DNA from: Clostridia bacterium
Lineage (GTDB): Bacteria > Bacillota > Clostridia > Christensenellales > UBA1242
Reading direction: 5' to 3'
DNA: 64,000 nucleotides
Assembly: GCA_017452445.1 (NCBI GenBank)
Contig: JAFTMH010000002.1
Coordinates: forward strand, 129,697-193,696
The notes beneath the pieces were generated by a model. That model ran no database searches. It was not told the origin of the DNA and saw nothing but the letters and a program-made list of their open reading frames with translations. Made by a program: the position numbers and the translations under genes. Of this stretch, positions 20,220 through 29,257 are shown one piece after another. Position 1 is the first letter of the stretch. Every line of letters starts with the position of its first letter.

Positions 20220-21155
20220 CTACAACTTTTCTGCAATTCTAAGTTTTGCACAAGTGCTGCGAGAATTTGTTTTTTGTTCTTCTTCTGTTGCGATGATTGG
20301 CTTTCTGTTTGTCAAGGTTATGCTTGCTTTGTGGCCACAAATACAAATCGGCGTGCGTGGTGGACATATGCAACCTGTGCTTGCAAATTTGAAAACATTT
20401 TTCACAATTCTATCTTCAAGACTGTGGAATGTCAAAATGCAACCTCTGCCTTTTGGTGCAAGCATATCAACAAGTTGTTCCACCAATTTGTCAAGGCCGT
20501 CAAGTTCGTCATTTACATAAATTCTAATCGCTTGAAAAACTTTTTTCGAAGCGCCACCTCTTGAAAACACTACCTTTTTAGGTATGCTATTTTCAATTAT
20601 CTCTCTAAGTTGAAATGTCGTTTCAATCGGATTTTGTTCTCTTTCTTTGACAATGTGTTTTGCAATGTTTTTAGCAAACTCTTCTTCTCCATAAGTTTGA
20701 AAAATCCTTACGAGATCTTCATAAGAAAATTCGTTTACAATTTCTTTGGCTGTAGTTGTTGCTTCTTGTCTGTCCATTCTCATGTCAAGTGGACCATCGT
20801 GCACAAAACTAAACCCTCTTTCACCAGTGTCGATTTGATAACTGCTTACACCCAAGTCAATCAAAAACCCATCAATTTTTTCGATGCCAAGTTCTTTCAA
20901 TTTTTCTGGCGCTTGTTTGTAATTTGATTTAATCAATGTAACCTTGTCGGCAAACTCTTTGAGTGTTTGAGTGCTCTTTTCGATTGCATCTTCATCTCTG
21001 TCAAAAGCATAAAGATGACCACCTTTCAACCTTTTGGCAATTTCAAAAGAATGTCCACCACCACCAACAGTGCAGTCGACATAAATGCCGTCTTCTTTTA
21101 TGTTAAGTCCATCTAAAACTTCGTTGAGCATAACTGGGATATGTTTAAAATCCAT
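20220..21155 (-). CDS. rsmH: 16S rRNA (cytosine1402-N4)-methyltransferase
   Basis: MDFKHIPVMLNEV...DCTVGGGGHS...DLGVSSYQ...FHSLEDR motifs. ATG at 21155 with a GGAAG RBS; the track start at 21188 is less likely. Confidence 0.93.
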   Translation of the reverse strand: MDFKHIPVMLNEVLDGLNIKEDGIYVDCTVGGGGHSFEIAKRLKGGHLYAFDRDEDAIEKSTQTLKEFADKVTLIKSNYKQAPEKLKELGIEKIDGFLIDLGVSSYQIDTGERGFSFVHDGPLDMRMDRQEATTTAKEIVNEFSYEDLVRIFQTYGEEEFAKNIAKHIVKEREQNPIETTFQLREIIENSIPKKVVFSRGGASKKVFQAIRIYVNDELDGLDKLVEQLVDMLAPKGRGCILTFHSLEDRIVKNVFKFASTGCICPPRTPICICGHKASITLTNRKPIIATEEEQKTNSRSTCAKLRIAEKL

Positions 21156-21252
21156 AAATACTTCCTTTATAAGGTTATTGTAACACAAACATTTTGCTTA
21201 AACAAACAATTTGAAAAACAAAAAGAGAGTTGTTGTCAACCCTCTTTTATTT

Positions 21253-24147
21253 TTATTCAACATCAAAAAGCGAAATTAAAGCATTTTTAAGTTCTTCTCT
21301 TCCGTCAAATTCAGTGTCGATCGCTTCGTTGATTGCCACTGCATAATTTGTTTTGTCTTGTTCGTCAAGCAATGTTTCACCTCTGTTTTCAAGAAGTGTT
21401 TTTGCAGAATTGATAACATCTGCAAGTTGTTGATCTGTGTTTGAAGTTGACATTTCTTCAATCACACCAGACACAGCATCTACATATGCCTGCACATCAT
21501 CTACAGAATCCAAACTCTTTCCTTCAAGTGCTGTTGAAAGTTTGTCAGCAAAATCAACTGCTTTTTCAATTTCTACCAACTCTTCGGCAAAGTTGATTGA
21601 ATAATAGTCATCATTTGCGCTCACTGCAAGATATGCTTTGATGTCTGCACTGTTTTCGTGTGGAGTGCAACCTGTGTAGTCAACACCGTTGATAACATCA
21701 CCAGTCATATACCAAATAATGTTTGCAAAAATGTTGTTGAATACACCATCTTTTGCACCGTTGTTGTATGCGTTTTCTTTAAGAATATCCAAAATAGATC
21801 CAATTTCGGCATAACCAACTTCCTCAGTATTTAAAACTGTGTCAAGAAGTGTTTCAATAATTTCAATAACTTCTGTTTTTGTTTCTTTAAGATTTGTCAA
21901 ATCTGTTGCAGGTTTCACTCCTGTAAAATCTGAACTTCCAATAATGTTGTCAATTTCATCAAACATTTTTGCTGTCAAATCTTCAAAAATAATTCCTTCA
22001 AAAATAGAGTCAAGACAAGAAGTAAGTTTGTTGTCATTGATCATTTCTTTGAGAAGAAGTTCGAAATCAGGGTTTTCTGAAAGCAAGTATTTTACATAAG
22101 TTTGTTCGCCCAACTCTTGTGTTGTGATTGTGCCATCACTCATTTGTGAAAGGGCATTTCCAAAAATTTTGAATTGTCCGTCCCAAAGTTCTATCTTTTG
22201 TTTGTCGGTCAAACCTGTTTCGTCCAATTTGTCAAAATTTACCAAATCGCCTGCTTGTGAGTTGAGATAATCAATTGTCGAATCAAACACCAAACTTTTC
22301 AATTCCAACGCTTTGATTTGGTAGAATGGAATCATTATTTTTGAAATAATGTCTTCTTCTACTGCAAGCCCTACAACAAGGTTGTCAAGGACTGTTTCCA
22401 TTGTCATATCTTCGCCGTCAAGTTTTGTAAATTCAAATTCTACTGCAAGGTCAATAGGTTCTGCAAGATAAGTGAAAAACGATTCGTAAGTTGAAAGTGT
22501 TGTTTTTTCTTGAGCAGAAACTGTGAGATAAACTTCTTCTTCAAGAAGATTTATATCATACATTTTCAAAATGTTGTCAAACACAAAAACCTTTTCAGAT
22601 CTTTCACCTTCAACAACAGGAAGTGTCAAAATTTCAAGGTTTTTCATTTTGTCAAAAGTTTGTCCAATTTGAATGAGAGTTCCGTCAATGTCGTTTACAG
22701 ATGAAATTGTATCTACAACATTTTCACCTTCAATCAATTTTGAAAGATCAATTTTGTCATTGAGTGACAAGAAGTCATCAAGAGCGTCCATAAAATCATC
22801 AACAAGTTTGTCTGTGTTTTCTACATCAAGGTTAAGACCAAATTCCAATCCTTTGTCATTTTCAAAAACCTTTGAAAATTCTTTGTTTGCATACTTGCCA
22901 AAAATTGAAATTCCATCTTTTACAATGTTGAGACTGAGTGCATCTTTTGCTATATTTTTGATTGTTGTATTTTTGTTTTTGATTGTGTCCAAAATACCTA
23001 TAAATGTTTTGTCTGTCGCATTTTGGAAACTTGAAACAACCCCTTTTGCAAAAAGACCATCGACAACATCTACAATTTTGAGAATGTCGTGTTTAAGATA
23101 GTTGTAAACATCTTTAGTTTCAAAAGAAGTTTTAAGTTTTTCAACAATATTCTTTACATCATCTGAAATGTTTGAAATCTTTAAATCTTGCATTATTTGA
23201 TCAAAATCGTTGACAATATCTTTAACTGTTTCTACAACGACTTTCTTAAAGATTCCCATTTCCATAAAATCTTCCAAAGCCATTTTTACTTTTGAAGTAT
23301 CTATATTTGAATATGTTTTGTTTTGAATGTTGTTGTAAACTACAACAAACTGATCATAGGTGTTTGTTGTTGTGATAAGTTCTTTTCTTAAACTTATTTT
23401 TTGTCCTTCAACTTTGAAGTTTGCCATGCCATCAAACATCATGTTGTTTACGCCACCAAATCCAGAGATTTTTGCAACTGGACCTTTGTTGAACGCTTCA
23501 ATAGCCTCTCTTACACTTTTTGGCAAAGCTTTTTCCATTTCGTCACCAATTGTGTTGAGATTTTTTGCTTGGCTGTCAGACAAGGCTTGCACTTGCGCTG
23601 TTGTTGCATTTGCACAAATTTTGTCGTATGTGTTTGTAAGTGATGTGATTGGTGCAAAAACAAAAACCAAAAGTATCAATCCTTGAACAAGTCCAACAAG
23701 CGCGCCATACGCACGATATGGTTTGTGTTTTTCAAAATCATTTTTTCTCTTTCCAAAACAAATTCTGTTGAAAATCATTGCGATAAGACTAAATATTCCG
23801 GAGCAAACAATTCCCAAAAGCATAAAAATGATTGGTGAAACAATTGCTGCTGGCAAGTTTGAAACAAAACCCTTTGCAGTTGGCAAGTTTGAAAGGTTGA
23901 AACTTGATTGGATCACTTCCATAATATAACTGCTGATGGTATATTTTGTCCCTTCAACTGTTAAACTCGCTCCCAAAATTGCATTTGTGATTGGTTTGGT
24001 GATAAAGTATGCCAAAACGAGCGACAAAACCATAAAGATTGCACTAAAAGCAGATCTTTTAAGTCCTCTAAATAAGCCTACGCAAAAACCAACTCCCAAA
24101 AACAAAACTAAAATTGATATGCTTATCCAAGTGATTGCTGATGCCAT
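21253..24147 (-). CDS. Large membrane protein: a multi-pass N-terminal domain of about 180 aa (CvpA-like by pattern) plus an acidic soluble region of about 780 aa
   Basis: 964 aa ORF with AAAGGAG RBS. Four or five hydrophobic helices at the N-terminus are followed by Asp/Glu/Asn/Ile-rich sequence with no recognised catalytic motif. Confidence 0.6.
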   Translation of the reverse strand: MASAITWISISILVLFLGVGFCVGLFRGLKRSAFSAIFMVLSLVLAYFITKPITNAILGASLTVEGTKYTISSYIMEVIQSSFNLSNLPTAKGFVSNLPAAIVSPIIFMLLGIVCSGIFSLIAMIFNRICFGKRKNDFEKHKPYRAYGALVGLVQGLILLVFVFAPITSLTNTYDKICANATTAQVQALSDSQAKNLNTIGDEMEKALPKSVREAIEAFNKGPVAKISGFGGVNNMMFDGMANFKVEGQKISLRKELITTTNTYDQFVVVYNNIQNKTYSNIDTSKVKMALEDFMEMGIFKKVVVETVKDIVNDFDQIMQDLKISNISDDVKNIVEKLKTSFETKDVYNYLKHDILKIVDVVDGLFAKGVVSSFQNATDKTFIGILDTIKNKNTTIKNIAKDALSLNIVKDGISIFGKYANKEFSKVFENDKGLEFGLNLDVENTDKLVDDFMDALDDFLSLNDKIDLSKLIEGENVVDTISSVNDIDGTLIQIGQTFDKMKNLEILTLPVVEGERSEKVFVFDNILKMYDINLLEEEVYLTVSAQEKTTLSTYESFFTYLAEPIDLAVEFEFTKLDGEDMTMETVLDNLVVGLAVEEDIISKIMIPFYQIKALELKSLVFDSTIDYLNSQAGDLVNFDKLDETGLTDKQKIELWDGQFKIFGNALSQMSDGTITTQELGEQTYVKYLLSENPDFELLLKEMINDNKLTSCLDSIFEGIIFEDLTAKMFDEIDNIIGSSDFTGVKPATDLTNLKETKTEVIEIIETLLDTVLNTEEVGYAEIGSILDILKENAYNNGAKDGVFNNIFANIIWYMTGDVINGVDYTGCTPHENSADIKAYLAVSANDDYYSINFAEELVEIEKAVDFADKLSTALEGKSLDSVDDVQAYVDAVSGVIEEMSTSNTDQQLADVINSAKTLLENRGETLLDEQDKTNYAVAINEAIDTEFDGREELKNALISLFDVE

Positions 24148-24231
24148 AATCTTCTCCTTTTTTGTTATTTTTTTTCTTTTATATTTTAGTTAATTTACTT
24201 ATATATATAATATATATCTATAATAATGCCG

Positions 24232-25314
24232 TTATTTTGCAATATTTCCGTCTTTTATATAGTATAAAACACCTTCTATTTTTCTTTCATCTGTGCAGGT
24301 TATAAATGTTTGTGTCCTATCAACAAATTTAAGCAATCTTTTTTGTCTGTCCAAATCGAGTTCGGAAAACACATCATCTAAAAGAAGAATTGGATATTCT
24401 CCATTGAGATTATACAAATTTTCAAGTTCTGCCAACTTAAGAGACAATGCAACAGTCCTCTGTTGTCCTTGCGAACCAAAATTTTTAACTTCAACATCAT
24501 TAAGAAAAATATCTATATCATCTCTATGAATTCCGATTGAAGTATAACCCAATTTAAAATCCTTTTCAATGTTTTTTTGCAGATTTTTTGTCATATTTTC
24601 TTCAAAATGATCATCAAGTTTTGTGTTGCAACCACATTTATATTGAAGAGAAATATTTTCTTTTCCACCACTTATATAAGAATGTGCTTTTTGCGAATAT
24701 GGCAAAATTTGCTCTAAAAACAATTTTCTTTCAAATGCAATGTATTTTGCAGCAGCAACCAAAGCCCTATCCCAAATGTCAACAGTTTCTTTGACAATTT
24801 CAATAGTTTTTGAATTTTTGAGCAATTTGTTTCTGTTTGCCAAAATTTTTTCGTATCTTCCAAGTTGATAAAAATATCTCTTGTTACTTTGCGAAATTGC
24901 AATATCCATAAATTTTCGGCGTTCTTCTGGACTTTCTCTAACAAGTTTAAGTTCTTGTGGCGAGAAAAACACAATGTTTACTTCACCAATCAACTCTCCC
25001 ATCTTTCTGATTGGAAGTCCATTGATTTGAATTGTTTTTTTCTGTTTTGTGAAAAGTTTTATGTCAATATCAACATCTCTATATTTTTTTTCGGCCTTAA
25101 GTTTTATAGATCCGTTTTCTTCTCCCCACTTGACAAGTTCTTTATCTTTGCAAGATTTAAAACTTTTTCCAATACAACAATAATAAATACTTTCAAGTAA
25201 ATTTGTCTTTCCTTGAGCATTTTTTCCTATAAAAACATTGATTTTGTCATCAAATGAAACAGAAAGTGATTTGTAGTTTCTAAAATTGTTGACAGTAAGG
25301 CCTTGAATTTTCAT
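24232..25314 (-). CDS. recF: DNA replication and repair protein RecF
   Basis: N-terminus KIQGLTVNNFRNYKSLSVSFDDKINVFIGKNAQGKTNLLESIYY contains the Walker A. The SMC-like signature FGSQGQQRTVALSLKLAE and Walker B LLLDDVFSELD are also present. Confidence 0.92.
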   Translation of the reverse strand: MKIQGLTVNNFRNYKSLSVSFDDKINVFIGKNAQGKTNLLESIYYCCIGKSFKSCKDKELVKWGEENGSIKLKAEKKYRDVDIDIKLFTKQKKTIQINGLPIRKMGELIGEVNIVFFSPQELKLVRESPEERRKFMDIAISQSNKRYFYQLGRYEKILANRNKLLKNSKTIEIVKETVDIWDRALVAAAKYIAFERKLFLEQILPYSQKAHSYISGGKENISLQYKCGCNTKLDDHFEENMTKNLQKNIEKDFKLGYTSIGIHRDDIDIFLNDVEVKNFGSQGQQRTVALSLKLAELENLYNLNGEYPILLLDDVFSELDLDRQKRLLKFVDRTQTFITCTDERKIEGVLYYIKDGNIAK

Positions 25315-25382
25315 CAACTATAGTTTACCACAAAACTAAAATTTTTCCAAGTCCGTTGACGATTTAATATTTTTAAACTTAC

Positions 25383-25411
25383 TTGACAATTTCTTTTATA
25401 CTACTTATAAT
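25383..25411 (+). promoter_or_regulatory. dnaA promoter
   Basis: TTGACA at 25383-25388, a 17 nt spacer, TATAAT at 25406-25411. Confidence 0.7.
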
Positions 25412-25439
25412 AAGCATATATAAAAATATAACAGGATTT

Positions 25440-25472
25440 CCTTTCTTTGTTTTCAAGAAAGGGTTTTTGTTG
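25440..25472 (+). terminator. Terminator-like hairpin inside the dnaA 5' leader (possible attenuator)
   Basis: CCTTTCTT / AAGAAAGG stem with loop TGTTTTC, followed by GTTTTTGTTG. It lies between the promoter and the dnaA RBS (AAAGGGG). Confidence 0.5.
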
Positions 25473-25485
25473 AAAGGGGTTTTCT

Positions 25486-26838
25486 ATGCAAAATGTAAAA
25501 ATGCTTTGGCAACAAGTGTTGGAAAAATTGGAACTTAGAGTTTCTTCTGTTTCTTACACACTTTGGATCAAACCAATCAAACCAATTGAAATTGATGAAA
25601 AAGATAATTTTGTGATTGCTGTGCAATCTCTTTCTGCAAAAAATCAACTTTTGCGCAATTTTATCGATAAAATTGTCGAATGTTGCAACGAAATTTCAAA
25701 CAAAACACTCAATTTGGTTGTTTTGGATCCAAATGAAGAAATTGAATATCTCAAAAATTTGAAAACTGCTCAAGAAAAAGTTTCACACAACAAAAATGAC
25801 AAAAATCCATTTACTCCAGAATTTACTTTTGACAACTTTGTCGTAGGAAAAAGCAACCAATTTGTTTATACTGCTGCACAAGCTGTTGCTCAAAACCCAG
25901 GTGGAGACAGTTTCAATCCATTGTTTATTTATGGAAACTCTGGTCTTGGAAAAACTCACTTGATGCACGCCGTTGGAAATTATGTAAGACAATATTTGCC
26001 AGAACTTAAAATAAGATATTCAACTTGCGAACAATTTGCAAACACATATATCACAGCACTTATGTCATCATCAAAAAACAAATCTATTATGGATTTTAGA
26101 GATATTTATAGAAATCTTGATGTTTTGATGGTTGATGATATTCAATTTTTGTCTAGAGGAAAAGAAATTCAAGAAGAATTTTTCAACACTATCAACGAAT
26201 TGATTTTGGCTAAAAAACAAATTGTTATTTGTTCTGACCGTCACCCAAATGAAATTGCAACTTTGGAAGAAAGAATCAAAACAAGACTTGTCAGTGGACT
26301 TATCCACGATGTTGGCAAACCTGATCTTGAAACAAGAATTGCAATTTTGCATAAAAAAAGTCAACTTGAAAACTATTATGTAGAAGACGAAGCAATAAAT
26401 ATGATTGCTGAAAGAATTGATACAAATGTAAGAGAATTGACCGGAAAATTGAAAGAAGTTTATTTTCTTGCAAAAATCAACGGAAAAAAGATTGCAACAA
26501 AAGAAGAAGTAAACGAAATTTTCAAAAATCAACAAGAAGAACTTAAAAACGAACTCACAGAAGACAAAATTATTGCAATTGTGTGCGAATATTTCAATAT
26601 TTCGCGCGATGACATTGTTGGGAAAAAGAAAAATAAAGAGATTGTAGAACCAAGAATGATTGCAATTTATCTTATAAGTGAGATATTAAACCTTCCACTT
26701 AAGACAATTGGATCGGTTTTTGGTGGCAGAGATCACACAACAATTATGCATTCTAGAGATAAAATAACCCAAGATCTTAAATCAAACAAAAAGACACAAA
26801 CAATTATCAACGAAATCAAAGGACTTCTTTCAGTCTAA
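25486..26838 (+). CDS. dnaA: Chromosomal replication initiator protein DnaA
   Basis: 450 aa. FTFDNFVVGKSNQF, the AAA+ Walker A GNSGLGKTHL, DDIQFL, and the C-terminal DNA-binding helix GRDHTTIMHS. Confidence 0.97.
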   Translation: MQNVKMLWQQVLEKLELRVSSVSYTLWIKPIKPIEIDEKDNFVIAVQSLSAKNQLLRNFIDKIVECCNEISNKTLNLVVLDPNEEIEYLKNLKTAQEKVSHNKNDKNPFTPEFTFDNFVVGKSNQFVYTAAQAVAQNPGGDSFNPLFIYGNSGLGKTHLMHAVGNYVRQYLPELKIRYSTCEQFANTYITALMSSSKNKSIMDFRDIYRNLDVLMVDDIQFLSRGKEIQEEFFNTINELILAKKQIVICSDRHPNEIATLEERIKTRLVSGLIHDVGKPDLETRIAILHKKSQLENYYVEDEAINMIAERIDTNVRELTGKLKEVYFLAKINGKKIATKEEVNEIFKNQQEELKNELTEDKIIAIVCEYFNISRDDIVGKKKNKEIVEPRMIAIYLISEILNLPLKTIGSVFGGRDHTTIMHSRDKITQDLKSNKKTQTIINEIKGLLSV

Positions 26839-26846
26839 AAAACAAG

Positions 26847-27083
26847 TTATGCACATCCAATTTTGTCAAAGTGCATAACTTTTTTTAATTGCACACACAG
26901 TTGTCCACATTTATCCACATAGTGCAAACACTACATATAGACAGTATTCGACAAATCTCGACACCACATGTTGTTGTTTTTGAAATTTGCAAAAAAGTTA
27001 TGCACATTTCAACACTCCCTAATAAGGGTTATTGTTACATAAATAAATTAAATAAATAACAAAAAAGGATTGCGTGTGGACAG
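26847..27083. promoter_or_regulatory. oriC candidate: DnaA-box cluster in the dnaA-dnaN spacer
   Basis: Perfect TTATCCACA at 26911-26919. TTGTCCACA at 26901-26909. TTATGCACA at 26847-26855 and 26998-27006. Inverted TTATGCAC at 26871-26879. TGTGGACAG at 27075-27083. An A/T-only run ATAAATAAATTAAATAAATAA lies near 27040-27060. Confidence 0.75.
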
Positions 27084-27126
27084 GCAAGTGTGGTATAATA
27101 AGGCTAGATGAAAAGGAGTAAAAATT

Positions 27127-28227
27127 ATGTTAGTTAGTTGTCACGGAATAGAACTTTCAGATGCTTTCTTGAGTGTAAGCAAAGCAATATCAAACAAAAT
27201 CACAAATCCAATTTTGGAAGGAATCAAAATCGTAGCTGAAGATGATACACTTACTTTGAGTGCTACAGACACAGAACTTTCAATCGAAAAGAAAATCAAA
27301 GCAAACATCAAAACTGAAGGTGAAGCTGTTGTGCCAGGAAAGTTTATCACAGAGTTTATTAAAAAGCTCACAAATGAAATGATCGAACTTGAACTCAACG
27401 ACAGAAACCAAATGATTGTAAAATACAACGACAGTCAAAGTATCATTCAATGCTATAATGTTTTGGAATACCCATCATTCAAAACTCTTGAAACAATGGA
27501 ATATTTTGGAATTGCAAAAAAAGATTTGAAAACAATTATCAACAAAACAATCTTCTCAGTTGCAGTTGATGATTCTAGACCAATCCTTAAAGGTGTGCTT
27601 TTTGATATTGAAAAAAATGTTATCAATGCAGTTGCCCTTGATGGATACAGACTTGCAAAAGTAAAAAAGAACATTGTTTCTGATCTTGACATCAACATTG
27701 TTATACCTGCAAAGAGTTTGTCAGAAATTTCAAGACTCTTGGACGACAGTGATGAAATGATCAATGTTTATGTTGACAAAAATGCTTTGATGGTAGATTT
27801 TGGAGATACAAAACTTACAACAAGACTTCTTGAAGGTGAATTTGTAAAATACAAACAAATCATTGCAGCAAACTATGAAACTGTTTGTGTTGTAAACAAA
27901 GAACAATTTGAAGATGCACTTGAAAGAGCATCATTGCTTTCAAAAGTTGGACAAGGAAATTGTGTAAAATTTGAAGTGAAAGAAAAGAATTTGTGCATTA
28001 CATCAAATTCAGAACTTGGAAATGTGAAAGAAAATGTGCCTGTAAACATGAAAGGCAAAGAACTTTTGATTGCATTTAATGCAAGATACTTTATCGAAAA
28101 CTTGAAAGCAAACAATGACGAATTTGTAAAAATCTGTTTCAATGCACCTGCAAACCCATGCGTAATCGTGCCTATTGAAGGAGATGAATTCTTGTATTTG
28201 ATTTTGCCTGTAAGAATGATAGGATAA
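27127..28227 (+). CDS. dnaN: DNA polymerase III beta sliding clamp
   Basis: 366 aa with an AAAGGAG RBS. Position immediately after dnaA, plus typical clamp length and motifs (LLEGEFVKYKQII, PVRM at the C-terminus). Confidence 0.93.
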   Translation: MLVSCHGIELSDAFLSVSKAISNKITNPILEGIKIVAEDDTLTLSATDTELSIEKKIKANIKTEGEAVVPGKFITEFIKKLTNEMIELELNDRNQMIVKYNDSQSIIQCYNVLEYPSFKTLETMEYFGIAKKDLKTIINKTIFSVAVDDSRPILKGVLFDIEKNVINAVALDGYRLAKVKKNIVSDLDINIVIPAKSLSEISRLLDDSDEMINVYVDKNALMVDFGDTKLTTRLLEGEFVKYKQIIAANYETVCVVNKEQFEDALERASLLSKVGQGNCVKFEVKEKNLCITSNSELGNVKENVPVNMKGKELLIAFNARYFIENLKANNDEFVKICFNAPANPCVIVPIEGDEFLYLILPVRMIG

Positions 28228-28232
28228 CATTA

Positions 28233-28258
28233 AAAGACATCTTATGATGTCTTTTTTT
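28233..28258 (+). terminator. Intrinsic terminator after dnaN
   Basis: AAAGACATC-TTAT-GATGTCTTT followed by a T run. Confidence 0.75.
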
Positions 28259-28454
28259 GTTGCAAAAATTGACATAAAATGTGGAAAAATTACGTTTTTT
28301 GTGTTATTTTAAATAAAAATTTTTTATATAAAAATTATATATTTTTTATTATATATATAAACAGGCTTTTTGTTTTATATTATCGCAGGAAAAAATGGTT
28401 TAGTTTTTGCGACAGAATGTGCCAGAATAATTATAAAAAAGAGTCCGTTTGCAG

Positions 28455-28483
28455 TTGACAAAAATGTTTTTGTCCTGTATAAT
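28455..28483 (+). promoter_or_regulatory. rpmH operon promoter
   Basis: TTGACA at 28455-28460, a 17 nt spacer, TATAAT at 28478-28483. Confidence 0.75.
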
Positions 28484-28537
28484 AAGTCGGTAAAAGAATT
28501 TACACACAAAAATTGCTAAAAGTTTAAGGAGAAAAAA

Positions 28538-28672
28538 ATGAAAAGAACATACCAACCAAAGAAGGGAAAAAGAAAAAAAGTTCATGGATTCCGTGAAAGA
28601 ATGAGAACAAACGGCGGAAGAAATGTTTTGAAGAGAAGAAGAGCAAGAGGCAGAAAACAAATCGCTGCTTAA
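28538..28672 (+). CDS. rpmH: 50S ribosomal protein L34 (44 aa, below the ORF-track cutoff)
   Basis: Translates to [53 protein letters not shown]. Immediately upstream of rnpA. Confidence 0.95.
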   Translation: MKRTYQPKKGKRKKVHGFRERMRTNGGRNVLKRRRARGRKQIAA

Positions 28673-28683
28673 AAGATTGAGAG

Positions 28684-29016
28684 ATGGAGCATAGATTAAG
28701 AAAAAACAATCAATTCAACTATATCTACAAGAAGGGAGAAAAAACTCATACAGACAATTTGACTCTTTTTGCTGTTAAGAGCAAATACGAAAGTTATAAA
28801 ATCGGATTTTCAATCAGCAAAAAGTTGGGCAAAGCACATGAGAGAAATCTTTTGAAAAGAAGGATGAGAGAAATTTCTAGAAAATTTGTGTCGATTCCTT
28901 CTTTTTGTAATTTTGTAGTTTTGGCAAAAGAAAATGCACCAAAACTTGATTTTGTTGAATTGAAAGAAGAAATGATTAAGTTGTTTGAAAAATATGAAAA
29001 CAAAAAACATTCTTAA
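28684..29016 (+). CDS. rnpA: Ribonuclease P protein component
   Basis: 110 aa basic protein (LRKNNQFNYIYKKG..., KAHERNLLKRRMRE) in the conserved rpmH-rnpA position. Confidence 0.9.
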   Translation: MEHRLRKNNQFNYIYKKGEKTHTDNLTLFAVKSKYESYKIGFSISKKLGKAHERNLLKRRMREISRKFVSIPSFCNFVVLAKENAPKLDFVELKEEMIKLFEKYENKKHS

Positions 29017-29257
29017 AAAAATTTGTTTATTTCCTGTGTATATCTACAAATACGCAATTTCTCCATTGTTGCCACATAGTTGCATTTTTACGCCAACTTG
29101 TTCCAACTATATGATCAAATCAGTCCATGAATTTGGGGTTTTCAAAGGTGGGTGGATTGGTCTTAAGAGAATTTGCAGATGTGTTCCATGGCAAAAGAAG
29201 AGAGGGTATGACCCTGTGCCTATAAATATTAAAGGAGATAATATATGGATTTTGTGA
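28994..29257 (+). CDS. yidD: Membrane protein insertion efficiency factor YidD
   Basis: ISPLLPHSCIFTPTCSNYMIKSVHEFGVFKGGWIGLKRICRCVPW...GYDPVP. I prefer the ATG at 28994; the track uses TTG at 28985. Confidence 0.88.
   Translation: MKTKNILKKICLFPVYIYKYAISPLLPHSCIFTPTCSNYMIKSVHEFGVFKGGWIGLKRICRCVPWQKKRGYDPVPINIKGDNIWIL

Noticed and set aside
28290-28380. A nearly pure A/T run of about 75 nt between dnaN and rpmH, next to a one-mismatch DnaA box. It could be a DNA unwinding element or a second oriC half.
   Set aside because: Equally AT-rich runs occur in ordinary spacers of this genome (for example 35239-35403 and 62050-62270), so composition alone is not evidence. It is kept only as a note under the oriC finding.
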